From Haplodiscus bocki (Eukaryota), in contig OZ296648.1 in the NCBI GenBank assembly GCA_965655095.1, positions 100,440,001 through 100,504,000 of the forward strand: a stretch of DNA of 64,000 nucleotides, read 5' to 3'. A program made the position numbers and the translations under genes. Position 1 is the stretch's first letter. Every line of letters starts with the position of its first letter. This document shows positions 1 to 12,470 of the stretch, piece by piece. Under the pieces are notes generated by a model. The model had not been told where the DNA came from. It ran no database searches and was given only the letters and a program-made list of their open reading frames with translations.

Positions 1-994
1 GAACCCTTTGTGGTTGAGCCTCAACTGTCTGTAAGGACTGCACAACATACACTAGGGCGTGTTCCAAACAATTTGTTTCTGAGTTCATCTTGGAGTTTGA
101 GGCCCAGATAGGAAACAAAAGACTCAAGGAAAAACTTCTGGAGAATGTAAATTTTTCTTGGTGATACTCAAGATACTCAATGAAAAACTTCTGGAAAATG
201 TAAATTTCTCTTGGTGAATTTTGTGAATATTGAATACAAAATTTTTCGGAAAATTCTAAATTACAGGACGGTTGTAATTAGGCTTAATTTTTGAAAAACG
301 TTGAATTTATAATTTCAGGTTATAAATTGAAGGCTTTTTTAAACTAGATATTAACTTGTCGAAGAAATCCTCAAAAACATCGACAAAATATGTAGAGTGC
401 GGAAAATATGTAGAAAAAGTATAAAACTTTCCAAAAAATTTCAAATGGTTCGCTAACGGTTTGGAAACCCCTATGTGGAAAATGTGCCAGCATTAAAATT
501 TTAAACAAGGCCTCAATAAATTTACAATGCGAGGCCTAAACTACATGCGTAAAATCTAAAAAGGGAAAAAAACTGAACCATTGATTCCAATATTTTCCTT
601 TCCAAGATACTTTTTGCCGGAAATTTAAAACCTTCGTGGAAATGATTAGTGTGGCGGAGTGTAAAATTAGAAAAAGCTTCAAAAGTCAAAAATTTGACAG
701 TAATACCAGAAATTTGGTTGAAACCGGCATCCAAGGAACCACCTAGCACTTCAAATCCCTACTCACTGTGCTTTGGTAATCTCTGACTAGATTCACATTT
801 CACGAAAAATTTGAATATATGGCAGGGCGGAGTTTTGAAAAAACGGACCTTTTGTTCCATAATTTTCTGTTTTTTCCCTACTTCTGAGTTTCTTTATTGA
901 TATGTTGGCAAGAGGCACTGAAAAAAATTACCCTTCTGAGTAACTGAATGTGTCTTTTTTCTATACATACTAATCTGGGGCTAAAGGAATACTA

Positions 995-2080
995 ACAAGA
1001 CGGCCGGCTAGCAACGGCATATTTTTCGCCCAACTACAAACATTTTGATCAACTTTTGCAAACGGTTAAAAACAAAACAACTGTTTTGATATTAGTTTTC
1101 AAAGAGTTTATACAAACATTATTTCGATCACTTATTTCTGTACTTTATGCAAAAGGGTATTACGATTTTCCGTTGAAAAATTTTTGTCTCACAGTGCTGA
1201 AAATTTTCGTCGAGGAACCCTGCTGTGTTTCAGAAAAATTCTGGTACCGAAAAATGCTAGGGATCACAGAGGGGGCGGGTATTACGATTTTCTGTCAAAA
1301 ATGTTTTGTCTCACAGTACCGAAAAAATTCGCAGGGGAACACTTCTGTATTTCTCAAAATTTCTAGTATTGAAAAAATTTATCGATAAGAGGGAGAGGAG
1401 GAGGAAGGGAGTATCACAATTTTCTGTCGAAATTTCTTTGTCGCACAGTGCCGAAAAATTTTGTAGGGGAACCCTTTAGTGTGTCATTAATTTCGGGTAT
1501 CGGAAAACGTTATGCTGCAGAGGGTTATGTCACGATTTTTCGTCGAAAATTTTTTGTCTCACAGTACCGAAACATTTCGTAGAGGAACCCTTCTGTGCTG
1601 TGTTTCAGAAAATTTCCGGTAGCGAAAAAGTTTATGGATAAGAGGGAGGGGAAAGTATCAAGATTTTCTTCGAATTTTTTTTGTCTCACAGTGCCGAAAA
1701 ATGTCTTAGGGGAACCATTTAGTCTTTAATTACTTTCGGGTATCAAAAAAGTTTGGATGAGAGGGTCGGGGGGGGGGAGTGTCAAGATTTTCCGTCGAAT
1801 ATTTTTTTGTCTCACAGTGCCGAAAAATTTCGTAGGGCAACCCTTTAGGGTGTCACTAATTTCGGGTATCGAAAAATGTTAGGAATAAATCGTTAAAATA
1901 TTTGGCACGGCAGTTACTCGAACCGTGAACCTACTGCTTGAGAACCCTGTTGTCCTAAGCCTACCGCTGTCATTTATTTTTGAATAAAAAGAGTTGGCAA
2001 TTTTGCTGAGATGAAAAAAAGAAAAACGACCCTAATGAATGAAAAATTTTTCTTGTATATTTCATATACGGCGAAAAATA
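995..2080 (-). mobile_element. Non-autonomous Helentron/DINE-1-like (HINE) element, copy 1 (subfamily A), ~6 internal ~120-bp repeat units
   Basis: On the minus strand: 5' TATTTTTCGCC sub-TIR plus GTATAT-GAA-ATATAC hairpin, then a tRNA-like segment and a tandem array. It ends with GGCGAAAAATA sub-TIR, GCCG(T)TGCTAGCCGGC hairpin and CGTCTTGT. Collinear with four other copies in the window. Confidence 0.8.
1903..1972 (-). pseudogene. tRNA-Glu(CTC)-derived segment inside HINE copy 1
   Basis: Reverse complement reads ...GGTAGGCTTAGGACAACAGGGTTCTCAAGCAGTAGGTTCACGGTTCGAGTAACTGCCGTGCCA: D-loop-like TTAGGA, TT-CTC-AA loop, B-box GGTTCGA. Stems are degenerate. Confidence 0.5.
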
Positions 2081-2099
2081 ATAATGATGAAAACAACAA

Positions 2100-4620
2100 C
2101 AGAGCGAGTTTTTGCCATCATGTCAGCTCGCCTTTTTCCATTTTTCAGTCTTCGTGATTTCTAATACTTTGCACTTTATTGTTCCATTCTAACTTTTCAA
2201 CTTTCGCCAAACAACCGTGGCATACTGCATTTCTCTCTTAGTTTAACCTGCAGGACCTATTTTAGGCTGTGACTATGGTAACCATGATTCACAAATTGTA
2301 CCTCTCGAACTACTTGTAGAAATGCAATAGAGGTTGGTTCAGCAATATTCTCTTGCAGAAGCACAACCTTGGACGACTTGTGTGATTTTATCGAAAATTA
2401 TCCTCACCCAAGATTAAACATCACTTTCAAAGCTGCAGACTTCAGTGACTATCCCAGCTCCCCTCGAATGTTTACTGCACTGCAAGCATCTTCTTCAACT
2501 AGAGATGTGGAATTTTAACCTGTCAACTGATGTAACCATCGAGTCAAATGTTTTTTCCGATGAATTTTTGAGCCAGCAATTATTATGACTGAATTCCGCC
2601 GTCTATCAACTGCTCAAAATCTCTTAATTTTCCATCATGTCTCCTGCCTGGTCACATCGTGACTTCGATAGCCGAATCCACTGTCGTGACGGACATCACT
2701 TGCTTTTGCTCGATAACCCCAATTTCAGCCGTACTTTTTCATCTTGTTGATGTCATTTCACCTGTAAGCGCGTGAAACTTTGAACAGTTCATTTTTTAAG
2801 TATCTTCGAGTAGACAACTGTTCCCTCTTCTCTGTCAATTTAGGTCGAACCCGTTGTAACCAATAGAATGGTCACTTTCAATGAATTGCATGGGCCAAAA
2901 ACGCAACTTCTTTCATGTGCGATGATGTGAAGTCAGATAAAATGAACCCCAATTCAGCCGGCTAAATAGCGCGACTCCAAGAAAAAGCAGCAACAACACA
3001 TACCAAAGACGCATTTGCAGCATCGCCCGGCAAGTTCTTGACAAATGTCAAATTCTGATATATTCAGTTCATTTAAAAACGCTGTTTCAAAATTTTTTGT
3101 TGGAGATCGAAGTTCTTGACTTTTAGTGGGAACAAAACAATGGAAACTTTCATCCAGAGCCTTCACGTTTTTCAGGAAGAGACAACAAACAAGATACAGC
3201 GTTCTGAAAACGCCCGTATTTCCTGTCATTCATCTCCCTGGTCCTCATTGGACCAAAGAACCAGCCTGACACTCTGTCATCGGTAAGAAAGTGCAGAGAA
3301 AATTGGATAAAATTGTTTTCAGTGAAACAGACAAGCCACAACGGCCTGGTGGAAAAGGATCCTGGCGCAAAACTTAAAACGCGAACAAAATTTTTGACAT
3401 GCACGTGGCAGCTGAGAGTACCTCAATTGCATTGAGGTCACTCGATAACAAACACAACAAACAAAAGAGAAGCACTCTTTTTCTTGATTGAAAAAACAGG
3501 CAGACAGTCAGTCCAGCAAAGTCTGCAAGCTGAACAATTTCAACATTTGGGATCGAACAACGAAATTGTCACTGATATCATTCGCCGTTTTTTGGAACAT
3601 CGTTTCACTATCTTTAATAAATCAAGGCTTAAAAAGTAGAGATCATAAAAATTGGCAGCATTCAGATCACCAATCACCCAGAGGTGTTGCGAAAAACTGG
3701 TTTTAACCAATTGTTGTGCAATTTTGGTCAGTCGTTGACGAGCCTCTGTAAAGCAGGAGCCAAAATGACTAGAAACTTCGCTGGAGGAATTATCAACAAC
3801 AGAACTTTTGCTGGGCTGTAATGCTTGTCCGCCCATACTTTTTGAATAAAGTAACGGAAGAAACTAACGGTCGAAGGAGAAACTCTGAGACGCATTATTG
3901 GAAGAAAAATTTTAAGATATGCTTGCAAGGAGTTGATACTTTTCAATGATTGCTTTATCTCAGTCAGAATTTTGGCTTCGAGCATGTCCTACATCATCTT
4001 TGAGAGGCTTGATGGAAAGACAGCCTCACAGGCCTGTACAGAAACAGCAAAAACTCTTACCCAGCAGCAAAACAATATAGGTTAAACGCAAAATCTTACG
4101 ATCCCTAAAGGACACACCTCAGTGTAGACTGAAACCAAGTAGGAAGCATTGAAAGCTTCAAAAATGTTTTGCTCGAATACAATATTAACAAATGCCTCAA
4201 AAGCAAGAGAATTTTCCGCAAAAAAATCAAAAGAGCTGTTCAGTGAGGCTAATATCAACCATTTTGAAGTATTTGAAGGTTTTCGTATTTTCCGCTCCAA
4301 GATTGGATCGAGGCTGGCATCGAAATTTTCCAATCGAAGAAATTAGCCGATTAGACTAAAACTTTTGGCAAGCTCACGCAAAATCTATACAAAATGTTCC
4401 ATGCCTTGAACAAAGGTTTTCAACATATTTTGGTGTTTCATTTGCGAACAAAAGCAAACATAAAAAGCAATCTTGGAAATACTGAAAATGTGACAAAGTA
4501 GGAATTGAAGGTGAACGTGACTAGTTGTACTCACCATACAGCTCCAGAAAGATTTTTTTGTCCACTCACTAAAAGTGGCTCAAAAATCCAGACACCCGAC
4601 AATGAGAAAAACGGTTTGAA
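2100..4620 (-). mobile_element. Highly degraded BEL/Pao-like LTR retrotransposon pol relic (may continue beyond HINE copy 2 to ~6.9 kb)
   Basis: Fragmentary minus-strand translations occur in BEL/Pao pol order: 'RKPSNTSK..LASLNSS' (RT N-terminal SLND-like), 'VSPST..YFIQKV..VVDN..QLVKTSFSQHLW' (RT core-like) and 'HGYHSH..LREK' (integrase H-H region-like). Many stops and frameshifts. Confidence 0.35.
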
Positions 4621-4689
4621 CTATTCTAAAATGTTAAAATCAGATTTAGATGACAGCAACGTTATTGCTGCCTAAACAAACATTATAAA

Positions 4690-5475
4690 ACGAGACGGCC
4701 GGCTAGCACCGGCATATTTTTCGCCTAACTACAAATATTTTGGCCTACTTTTGCAAACGGTTAAAGACAAAACTACTGTTTTGAATTGAGTTTTCAAAGA
4801 GTTTGTACAAACATCAATTCCATCACTGATTTCTGTACTTTATGCAAGAGGGTATCATGATTTTCCGTTGAAAAAGTTTTGTCTCACAGTGCCGAAGAAT
4901 TTCGCAGAGGAACCCTTCTGTGTTTCAAAAAATTTCTGGTATCGAAAAATGTTAGGGATAAGAGAGGGGGCGGGTATCACGATTTTCCGTCAAAATTGTT
5001 TTTGTCTCACAGTACCAAATCCTTTCGTAGAGGAACCCTTCAGTGTTTCAGAAAGTTTCGGGTATCGAAAAATTTTATGCCTACGGGGGGAATGTCACGA
5101 TTTTATATTAAAAATTTGTTGTCTCACAGTACCGAAAAACTTCGTAGGGTTGTGTTTCACAAAATTTCTTGTATCGAAAAATTTTATGGATAAGAGGGGG
5201 GGGGGAGTATCAAAATTTTCTCGTAGGCGAATCCTTTAGTGTTTCATTAATTTCGGGTATCTAAAAATATTGGGGATAAATTAAAATTGTAAAAATATTT
5301 GAAACGACAGAGACTCGAACCCGGAACCTACTGCTTGAGAATCTTGTTGTCATAACCCTACTGCTGTCATTTATTTTTGAATAAAAAGAGTTGGCAATTT
5401 TGGTCTGAAAAAAAAGAAAAACGACCCTACTGAATGAACAATTTTTCTTGCATATTACATATGCGGCGAAAAATA
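4690..5475 (-). mobile_element. HINE element copy 2 (subfamily A), shorter array (~3 units plus a partial)
   Basis: Same termini (ACGAGACGGCCGGCTAGCACCGGCATATTTTTCGCC ... GGCGAAAAATA), tRNA-like segment at 5300-5369 and same ~120-bp unit as copy 1. Confidence 0.8.
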
Positions 5476-7214
5476 ACAATATAAAACATTATAAAAAGAA
5501 AGTCATATCAAAACGAACTGGCAATTAAGGATGGTAAGTACCAAAAGTGTACAGTAACATTAGTAAAAAGCGCGTCAAGTGGGCTCACTGCCTTTTCACT
5601 GTTGCGCTGCGGCTGAAACTTCAAAAAATTGGCTCTTCGTGACGAACTCAGAGAAAAAACATTATACTCTCGAAATATCCTTTTGGCAAACCATACTTGG
5701 ACGTGTTAAAGTTTTTAGTCCGCTCTCAATCTTGTCCGTGAATTAAATTAAAAACAACTACAATGTTCATGAATCGTTGAAAAAACTGAATTATGAATAA
5801 AGAATGCCACATCACACAAAATAAAACCAAAACTGACTATTTGGCATGTAACAAAGCAATTTGACAGATGTAAAGATAGTAAACCGACAGGGCCTAACAT
5901 ATATATTCCAGAGCAGCGAACAAAAGAACCTACTGCAACGAACACGGAACCCTCGTAGTTGTGAACAGTTACAGAACAACGCACCAGAAACTTCACACTT
6001 TATGAGTAAATGGGAAGATCAAGACAAGTTCACTTCAAGAGATTAATGAAACTTTGAAGAATCAAATTGTCCCTCTGAAATACAGTATTTTTCTCGTTTT
6101 TTTTGTGTGCCAATTTGATGCCCCTGCAGCAATTTCGTTCACTTAAAATGTGGCCGTCACGGATGTTTTTCTGTTACTACGTTAAGTGCTCGTTTTCCAG
6201 CAATATCTGCAAGCATGTGTGCTGGTTCTGGACCTGTCGATTACCAGCTCATTCTTTGAAGCAGCAATATCCCAAAATACCCCGATTATCCCAAAGGAAC
6301 ACAATACTCTAACAACGTATTAACCGATGTATACATTTTTCAGCCATTTCAGATGACTTTCCTTTTTAAAGCACTGGATTTTAGCTGTTATTCTCAAAGA
6401 TTTTCCTCTTCGTTACAACCCATTGCTTCTTTGTCAAAAGCCAGATGGGCGGTTGCCGTCACATAGCAACCATTTGGCAATGGTCCTGGAAAAGCGGCAG
6501 ACGTAATTGTTCACATTAGTGCATAATCAAACACTCTTAGGTTGCTTCTGAATATTTTTAAAATTGTAGCAGTTTATGTTCACCAATTGTTTTTAACTAT
6601 ATAAACTAGATTCTACCTGGTGTTTTTTAAATCTTCAATGTGTTTAGGGGCAAGCCAATCTAGGGTTGATGGAGCTAACTAGAAATCCGCAGTTCTTTGG
6701 GTCGTGACACGATTTCCTAGAGATAGCCTTCTTTAACAGTGCTAGTATAATGGTTACCGGTAGCGTTTTTGAAGGCTCTTTCATCCTTCAGCTCCTTTCC
6801 ATTATTACTGAAATAATTTCATCTAGCGTGCCACCGATACTTAACCCTACAAGGGCTCCAAATATTAGTCGTCAGGTGTGTTAATCGTTATTTTTTTTAC
6901 ATTTCGTCAGCCTCGATGAGACTTGATGGTCCACGTCATTCCAGCTTACGGTATATTACTCTTTTCATAATTTTTCAGGCGAAACTGAAAAGTGTTAACA
7001 ATTGTGCACTCATTTGCTGGCTAGTGTAGATTGGATTTGTCCGAAAAGTCGATTGAATTTGTCTGCAAAAACTGCAAATTCTTTTCGACAAAAGGGTGTG
7101 AAGCTTTCAGAGCAATATTGCCTCAAAAGTGTGGTGAACCAAACGAGTTTTGAATTTGAGCCTCAACGTGGTGGCGGGCCCTGCTGATGTGAGAGAACCT
7201 GTCGTAAACAGGCA

Positions 7215-8690
7215 AGACAAAAAACTGACCACGTTAAAATTCCGCTTTTCAGTTTGCGTCTTCTACAAATGTCCGACAGTTTTCATATAAAAGCCTCATT
7301 CAAGTTTTTCTAGTTTTTTGTCAAACCGGCAACAAGATCCATGTTTATTTGTTACAATGCAAACTCTTTTGTTCCTCCGCGTTGTTTTTTAATGCCTAAA
7401 GTTGAGTATTGTTCATTTTATATCCGAAACATCAAAATTGTTTTCGGATGCGACCAAAATTCTCGGAAGATCCTTCAAGTATTTGTAGTTTTTCTGAAAC
7501 AATGAAGCTTCGTATTTGCACCTGCACGAGGTAACCCTGCAAATGTCATTGACCATATCATGACCAGTCAAGACTACCCACAAGTTGAACATGTGAAGAC
7601 TTAACTCGTTAGTTCGTGTCCTGCAAGTGTTCCCACAGTTTGAATCTCAAGAATTTTTTAAAGTTTCAATCTGTTTTCATTCATCCTGGTTTCAAAATTC
7701 GAGCTCATTTACCATTTTAAGGCTCCTGTGGTCCTCTGAGGTGATTGCTGATACGAAGCGTAGAGTATTTATTTTTTGTTACATGAAATCTGCGAATGGT
7801 TTTTGAAAAAAGTCCATGTTAATGGAAGATCCATGAATTTTTGAACTTTTCCCTGCAACGATGGGGCTCTAAACTTGCGCCTGGATGAGGTAGCGCGGCA
7901 AGTGTCCATGATTATGTCATGACGAGCCAAAGTTACTCAAAATTTCAAGATGTAAAGACTTAACTTGGTAATTTGTGTTTTCCAAGTGTCCTCAGTTTAA
8001 ATCTTCTTACTTTTTGAGACTTTTCGGTTTTCTTTCATCCTGCTGGAGTTGAAGTCCTTGTTTAGTTGCTGTTTTAGGGGCCCTTTGATCCCCAGGATTG
8101 TTTTTTTATATGCCAATATTAAAGTTTGTATTCATTTTGTTGAAATATTTTAGTGGTTTTGAAAAAAATCCATGATTTTGGAGGACACCTGATTTTGTGT
8201 GTTTCTTTGTCATCAAGCTCCTTGAATATGTGCTTTCACATGGTGGCCCTGCCAGTGTCAGTGGCAATGTTATAGCCAACCACGACTGCACAAAAGTTGA
8301 ACATGTAAAGACTTGATGTTTTAGTTCGTGTCCTGCAAATGTTCCGTCAATTTCAATTTTAAAGCTTCATTCAATTTTTTTTCCAGCTGGCAGCAAAGTC
8401 TTCATTTTCATTATACATTGCTGGCTCTTTTGTTCCTTCTGCTTGTCTTCCGACACCAAAAGTAAAACTTCTTTTCTTTTTTGGCCTGAAATGTTTAGAT
8501 AAAACCGATGTTTCTGGAAGATGCTTCATTTTTTTTAATTTTTCTGCAAGAATGAGGTGTTGAATTTGCACCCTCACAAGGTCGCCCTGCAACAGTCAGA
8601 GACTACATATTAGTAGCGATTGCATGGACCTGACGTCTTAACTGGAGTGCTGCAAAAGGTCCGACAGTTTTGACGCTTTCAGTATTTTCG
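7215..8690. repeat. Diverged tandem array of ~355-bp units (4 plus a partial)
   Basis: The motif 'AAGTTGAACATGT(G/A)AAGACTT..GTTAGTTCGTGTCCTGCAA.TGT.C..CAGTTT' recurs, with variants, near 7220, 7580, 7940, 8292 and ~8630. Confidence 0.6.
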
Positions 8691-10799
8691 TTCGCTTTGC
8701 GTTTCCATATCCTGGTAGTCTGGGCCATAGTTTATACTTTCTCACACGCTTTTTTTCGCTGTGGCTGATTTCAACATCAAAGATTAGATTTTTCCAGGCA
8801 CTGAGAGTATAATGACGGAGAATTGGTCACCGGTTTTTTTTCCAGTAGACCAAAGTTAAAAATTCGCCGGTAATATTTTTAAATAGTAGCAAAAAATGCG
8901 GTTCCTACTTTGCAATTAAACGCCGTTAATTTCGCTATTTATCACGTGGGCCGCTGTTGACGCTGCTAAGTTTCCGGTTAAATCCGTTGAAGGGTTTTTT
9001 TTCGTTTATAAAGGTTTCTATGGCTAAATTTGACCACCGTAAACAACCTTATACCGAAAAAAAACATGGTCAATATTTGGAACGGAACAGTACTTGAACG
9101 TGGTTGTTTTTGTAAAACAGTTACAAAATGCTGGTTTCAACAGACTGGGTTAGACACGATTGATCTCCAACGACTGCTAAGAAAAGTGTTACAGTTGTAC
9201 GGAAAAAACCAGGCCCAGGGCACTCAAGAAATTGACAACATTAGTGCCGGTTTTGCAATATTAAGCCGGTAGTCGCGGACAATTCCAGATGAAAATCAAA
9301 ACGTAAACCCTTTTTTGTGCATATAATAAAAAGTTTAATTCAAACTTCGAGATAAATTTCAAAATTACGGCATTTTTTGGACTGAGTATAAGAATAAAAC
9401 TAACAATATTTTGTTTCATGTATGTGTGTGTAGTTGTTTAGGATGAAAACTCAACCTAACATTTGAAGTAGCTTGGCATACGTTGATCGGCTCTTTTAGA
9501 ACAATTCTCGTTCAAAAAGTTGCAAGAACAGCACCAATAAATTGAAGAGATTATCAAAAAACAAAAGAAATCAAAAACGGTCGACAATACTGGCCTAAGG
9601 TTAGTTGTTTTCTCTGTAATGCTCCCCTTATTTCAAAACAAAATTTTCATAATCATGGTACTTTTCCTCATAAGAAAAGAACAGTTACAACCTTAGAGAA
9701 TCAGAAATTCAGTGACAACTGGTAGAAGTTCCCGATTTAATTCGTTCCCAAACGCACACAAAAACAAAAAGCAAAGAAACGACGTTGATTTCCGTCAACG
9801 GAAAACAATATAGAGCTGCTTTGAATAGCAGTAACCCGTACAGCAGAAAAAAACCAAAGGAGAAGGTGATCTTTTAATTGCTTAGCACCTTCTATGACAT
9901 CAAATTTAATTGTTAAAGCTGGAACTACTATAGGTGAAGATTAAGTAGACAACTTTTCTGATGATAAAAATTAGTAATAGAGCTAGCAATGCAACTTTTC
10001 TGGAATGAATGAAACAAAAAAGAAGATACAAAACAAGACTTGAAAGATATCAACTCATAATATATAAAAACACAAGCTGAAAAAGTAGACCAAGTATTAT
10101 CAACGATACCTTCCAATAATGAAAAACTTTGATTATTTTGGGAGATTTTATAATAGAGTTCGGAACAGGAAATTATTCATTAAATTTGCAATAGGTGAAT
10201 GAAATGAAAAAAGTGTATAGGAAAAAACTAAGGCAATAGAGATGAAAAAAATAGGTATTCAGAGATGAGCTGATATTATTAGGGATAAATTGAAAGAACT
10301 GCCATTAGAGCAGAAGATTTTTTAAGTATACTGAAGATTGAGATATGTGAGGTACGATTATTTGAAAGACGTGAATTTTATTATAATAAATCTCCAGAAG
10401 ACAAGTTACAAAAAAGTATCATTAACGCAAATGAAAGCAAGTATAAAAAGTATAACATAGAAAAACGTTAATGTTGTTGAGTTTGCTCAAAAGCGAAACA
10501 GAAATGTAAAAATAAAACACATGAATTTTAACCACAACTTTCAAAAAAATATATTTTGATGAAAAAGTTGTTCCTTTCTCTTCAAAATATTTCGATGATC
10601 TATTACCTGACTTTCAAATGGAAGCTTATATATTTCAAGCAATCCATTTGAAGATATAGAACAGGTACTCTTTCCTCTTTCATAAAAGACGTTTTTTTAA
10701 AGAAATGAAGTTGCAATTGACTACTGAAAGGTTATTTAATGTTTGTTAAAGAAGTAGAGGAGAAAAACAAGATGAAAAATGTTTTTAAAGTTTATCGAA

Positions 10800-11200
10800 G
10801 AGGTTGCTTCTGATTAGATTTTGAAGAGACAAAGTCATGTCAAGCACGAAAAAGCAACCAGTACCAAATGAGCTAGGAAAAGAAATGACGGCATATATGA
10901 GAGATAGAAAACTTGCAGCTGAGGTTGGAATTGTTAACCTTCGTCCTTCAAGAAGACACGTTTGGTGACGTATAAAATTGGGAGGTAATCAGAATGTTTG
11001 GGTTGTCTTCTACCTGACCAACCAAAAATTTTTAAGAGAAGTATTCTTGGAAAATGGATTTATTCAGAGTACCAAAATCAACAGTTTGGTTCATTTTATG
11101 CATTTTATGTTAGTACGTAGTTTACCAACCAAAATCGTTGAAGTAGATTTCAACTCAGCAATTTATTTTGAAATCAAATTAAATAATCAAAAAAAAACGT
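10800..11200 (+). pseudogene. Polinton adenain-like cysteine protease relic
   Basis: Frameshifted pieces 'AYMRDRKLAAEVGIVNLRPSRRHVW', 'ECLGCLLP', 'GKWIYSEYQNQQFGSFYAFY' and 'TKIVEVDFNSAIY' follow the Polinton PRO pattern GIVNL-x-P-x-x-G-T-HW ... FDSYG ... YSEY-x-IQ ... C-x-x-Y. Confidence 0.7.
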
Positions 11201-11229
11201 AAACTGATAAAAACACAGCTGGAATATTA

Positions 11230-12470
11230 GAAAAATCAATCTAGAATCCAAAACCAAAATTGGTGTCGTAGAAAAGCATTTTTATTGGCAGACGTCTTTG
11301 AGGCTAGTGAAGAATGATGAGTCAAGAATTGATACTTATACTTGAAAAAACACAGGCATTCCCATTGTATAAAGGAAGTAAAGACTGCAAGAAACAGTAG
11401 AAATTGGTTTAGCAAGAGCAATGTTAAATTACTTTTGAAATGCACTACTTAAATTGCAACGAAGAAGAAAGATAAGGTAAGGTTTAACTATTTTATAAGA
11501 TTAGAATTGCGTTTTTCATGATACTTACGGTACTAACCATTTTAAAATGAACAACAGCGTTGTGAAGCGATAAAAATTCCTGGTAAAGTCTGAAAAAGGA
11601 GAGAAGTAAGTTAACCCAATGAAGATAAAAGACGAAATGTTAGGACCAGTGTTTTTGATAAATTGAAGTAATTTGAATTTGATAATAAAAAGATATTGAG
11701 AAATTTAAGGCAACTAAAAGATGAAATTCAAAAAAGAATTTATTGAAGACAGTAACAAAGCCAAATATGCAGTATACGGGACTTTTCAAAGAGATTTGAA
11801 ACACCCGGTAACTCAAGGTTTTGAAAGTTGTCTCGGACAAAAAAGGTTAGAAGAAGAAAGAGCCAAACTTTTTTGGAAGCTTCTAATTCTAGTTCTGTGA
11901 GGCTCGAGATACCTTAGGGTGTGTAGAATCTGATTTATAATAACAGAACATTGAAAAATGTTAGAAAAAATTATGTTACTCTTGCTGTTATTTTAATCAG
12001 AGGAACATTAAAAACAGAGAGCAAATGTTTAAGTTCTGATGAGAAGTTTTTGTAGTGCACGACTAAGTTCTTCACCACATAGTGATTATAACCGTAACCG
12101 ATGCTTTATGAGTGAGAACCCTGGAAAAACAACTACAAATGACATGATCTTTTTGAGTTCGATAGCTTCGACTGACAGGTAACGAATGGACTCAGGGAAG
12201 CAGTAGTTTTTTGGTTTTATTTCGGTAAACCCGCAGTATTTTTAAATTCTGTGAACAAGAGAGAATCCATTGTGAAAAAAGAAACATATTTGTTCGGGAC
12301 AACATAACATTTTACGAAGGAGTTGATGAGAAAAAGGTAACTTTTTTTGCAGGACGAAACAGTGTACAATTTTGATGACAAAATTTTGAGTGTAAACTTC
12401 AGGGTGAAGCTTTCCTTAAAAATTTTCAAAGTCCAATCGAAAGCTGAGAAAAAAATCATGTTATGTCAAT
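11230..12470 (+). pseudogene. Probable Polinton major capsid protein relic
   Basis: Weak motif remnants ('NKAKYAVYGTFQRDLKHPVTQGFE', 'IYNNRTLKNVRKNYV'), and position between the PRO and ATPase relics. Heavily disrupted. Confidence 0.4.

Noticed and set aside
1150-1880. CRISPR-like array (conserved TGTCTCACAGT.CCGAAAA motif at regular spacing)
   Set aside because: The intervening sequences are homologous to each other (whole ~120-bp units repeat), the context is eukaryotic and there are no cas genes.
8800-9300. Polinton terminal inverted repeat
   Set aside because: No matching inverted partner was found in the window.
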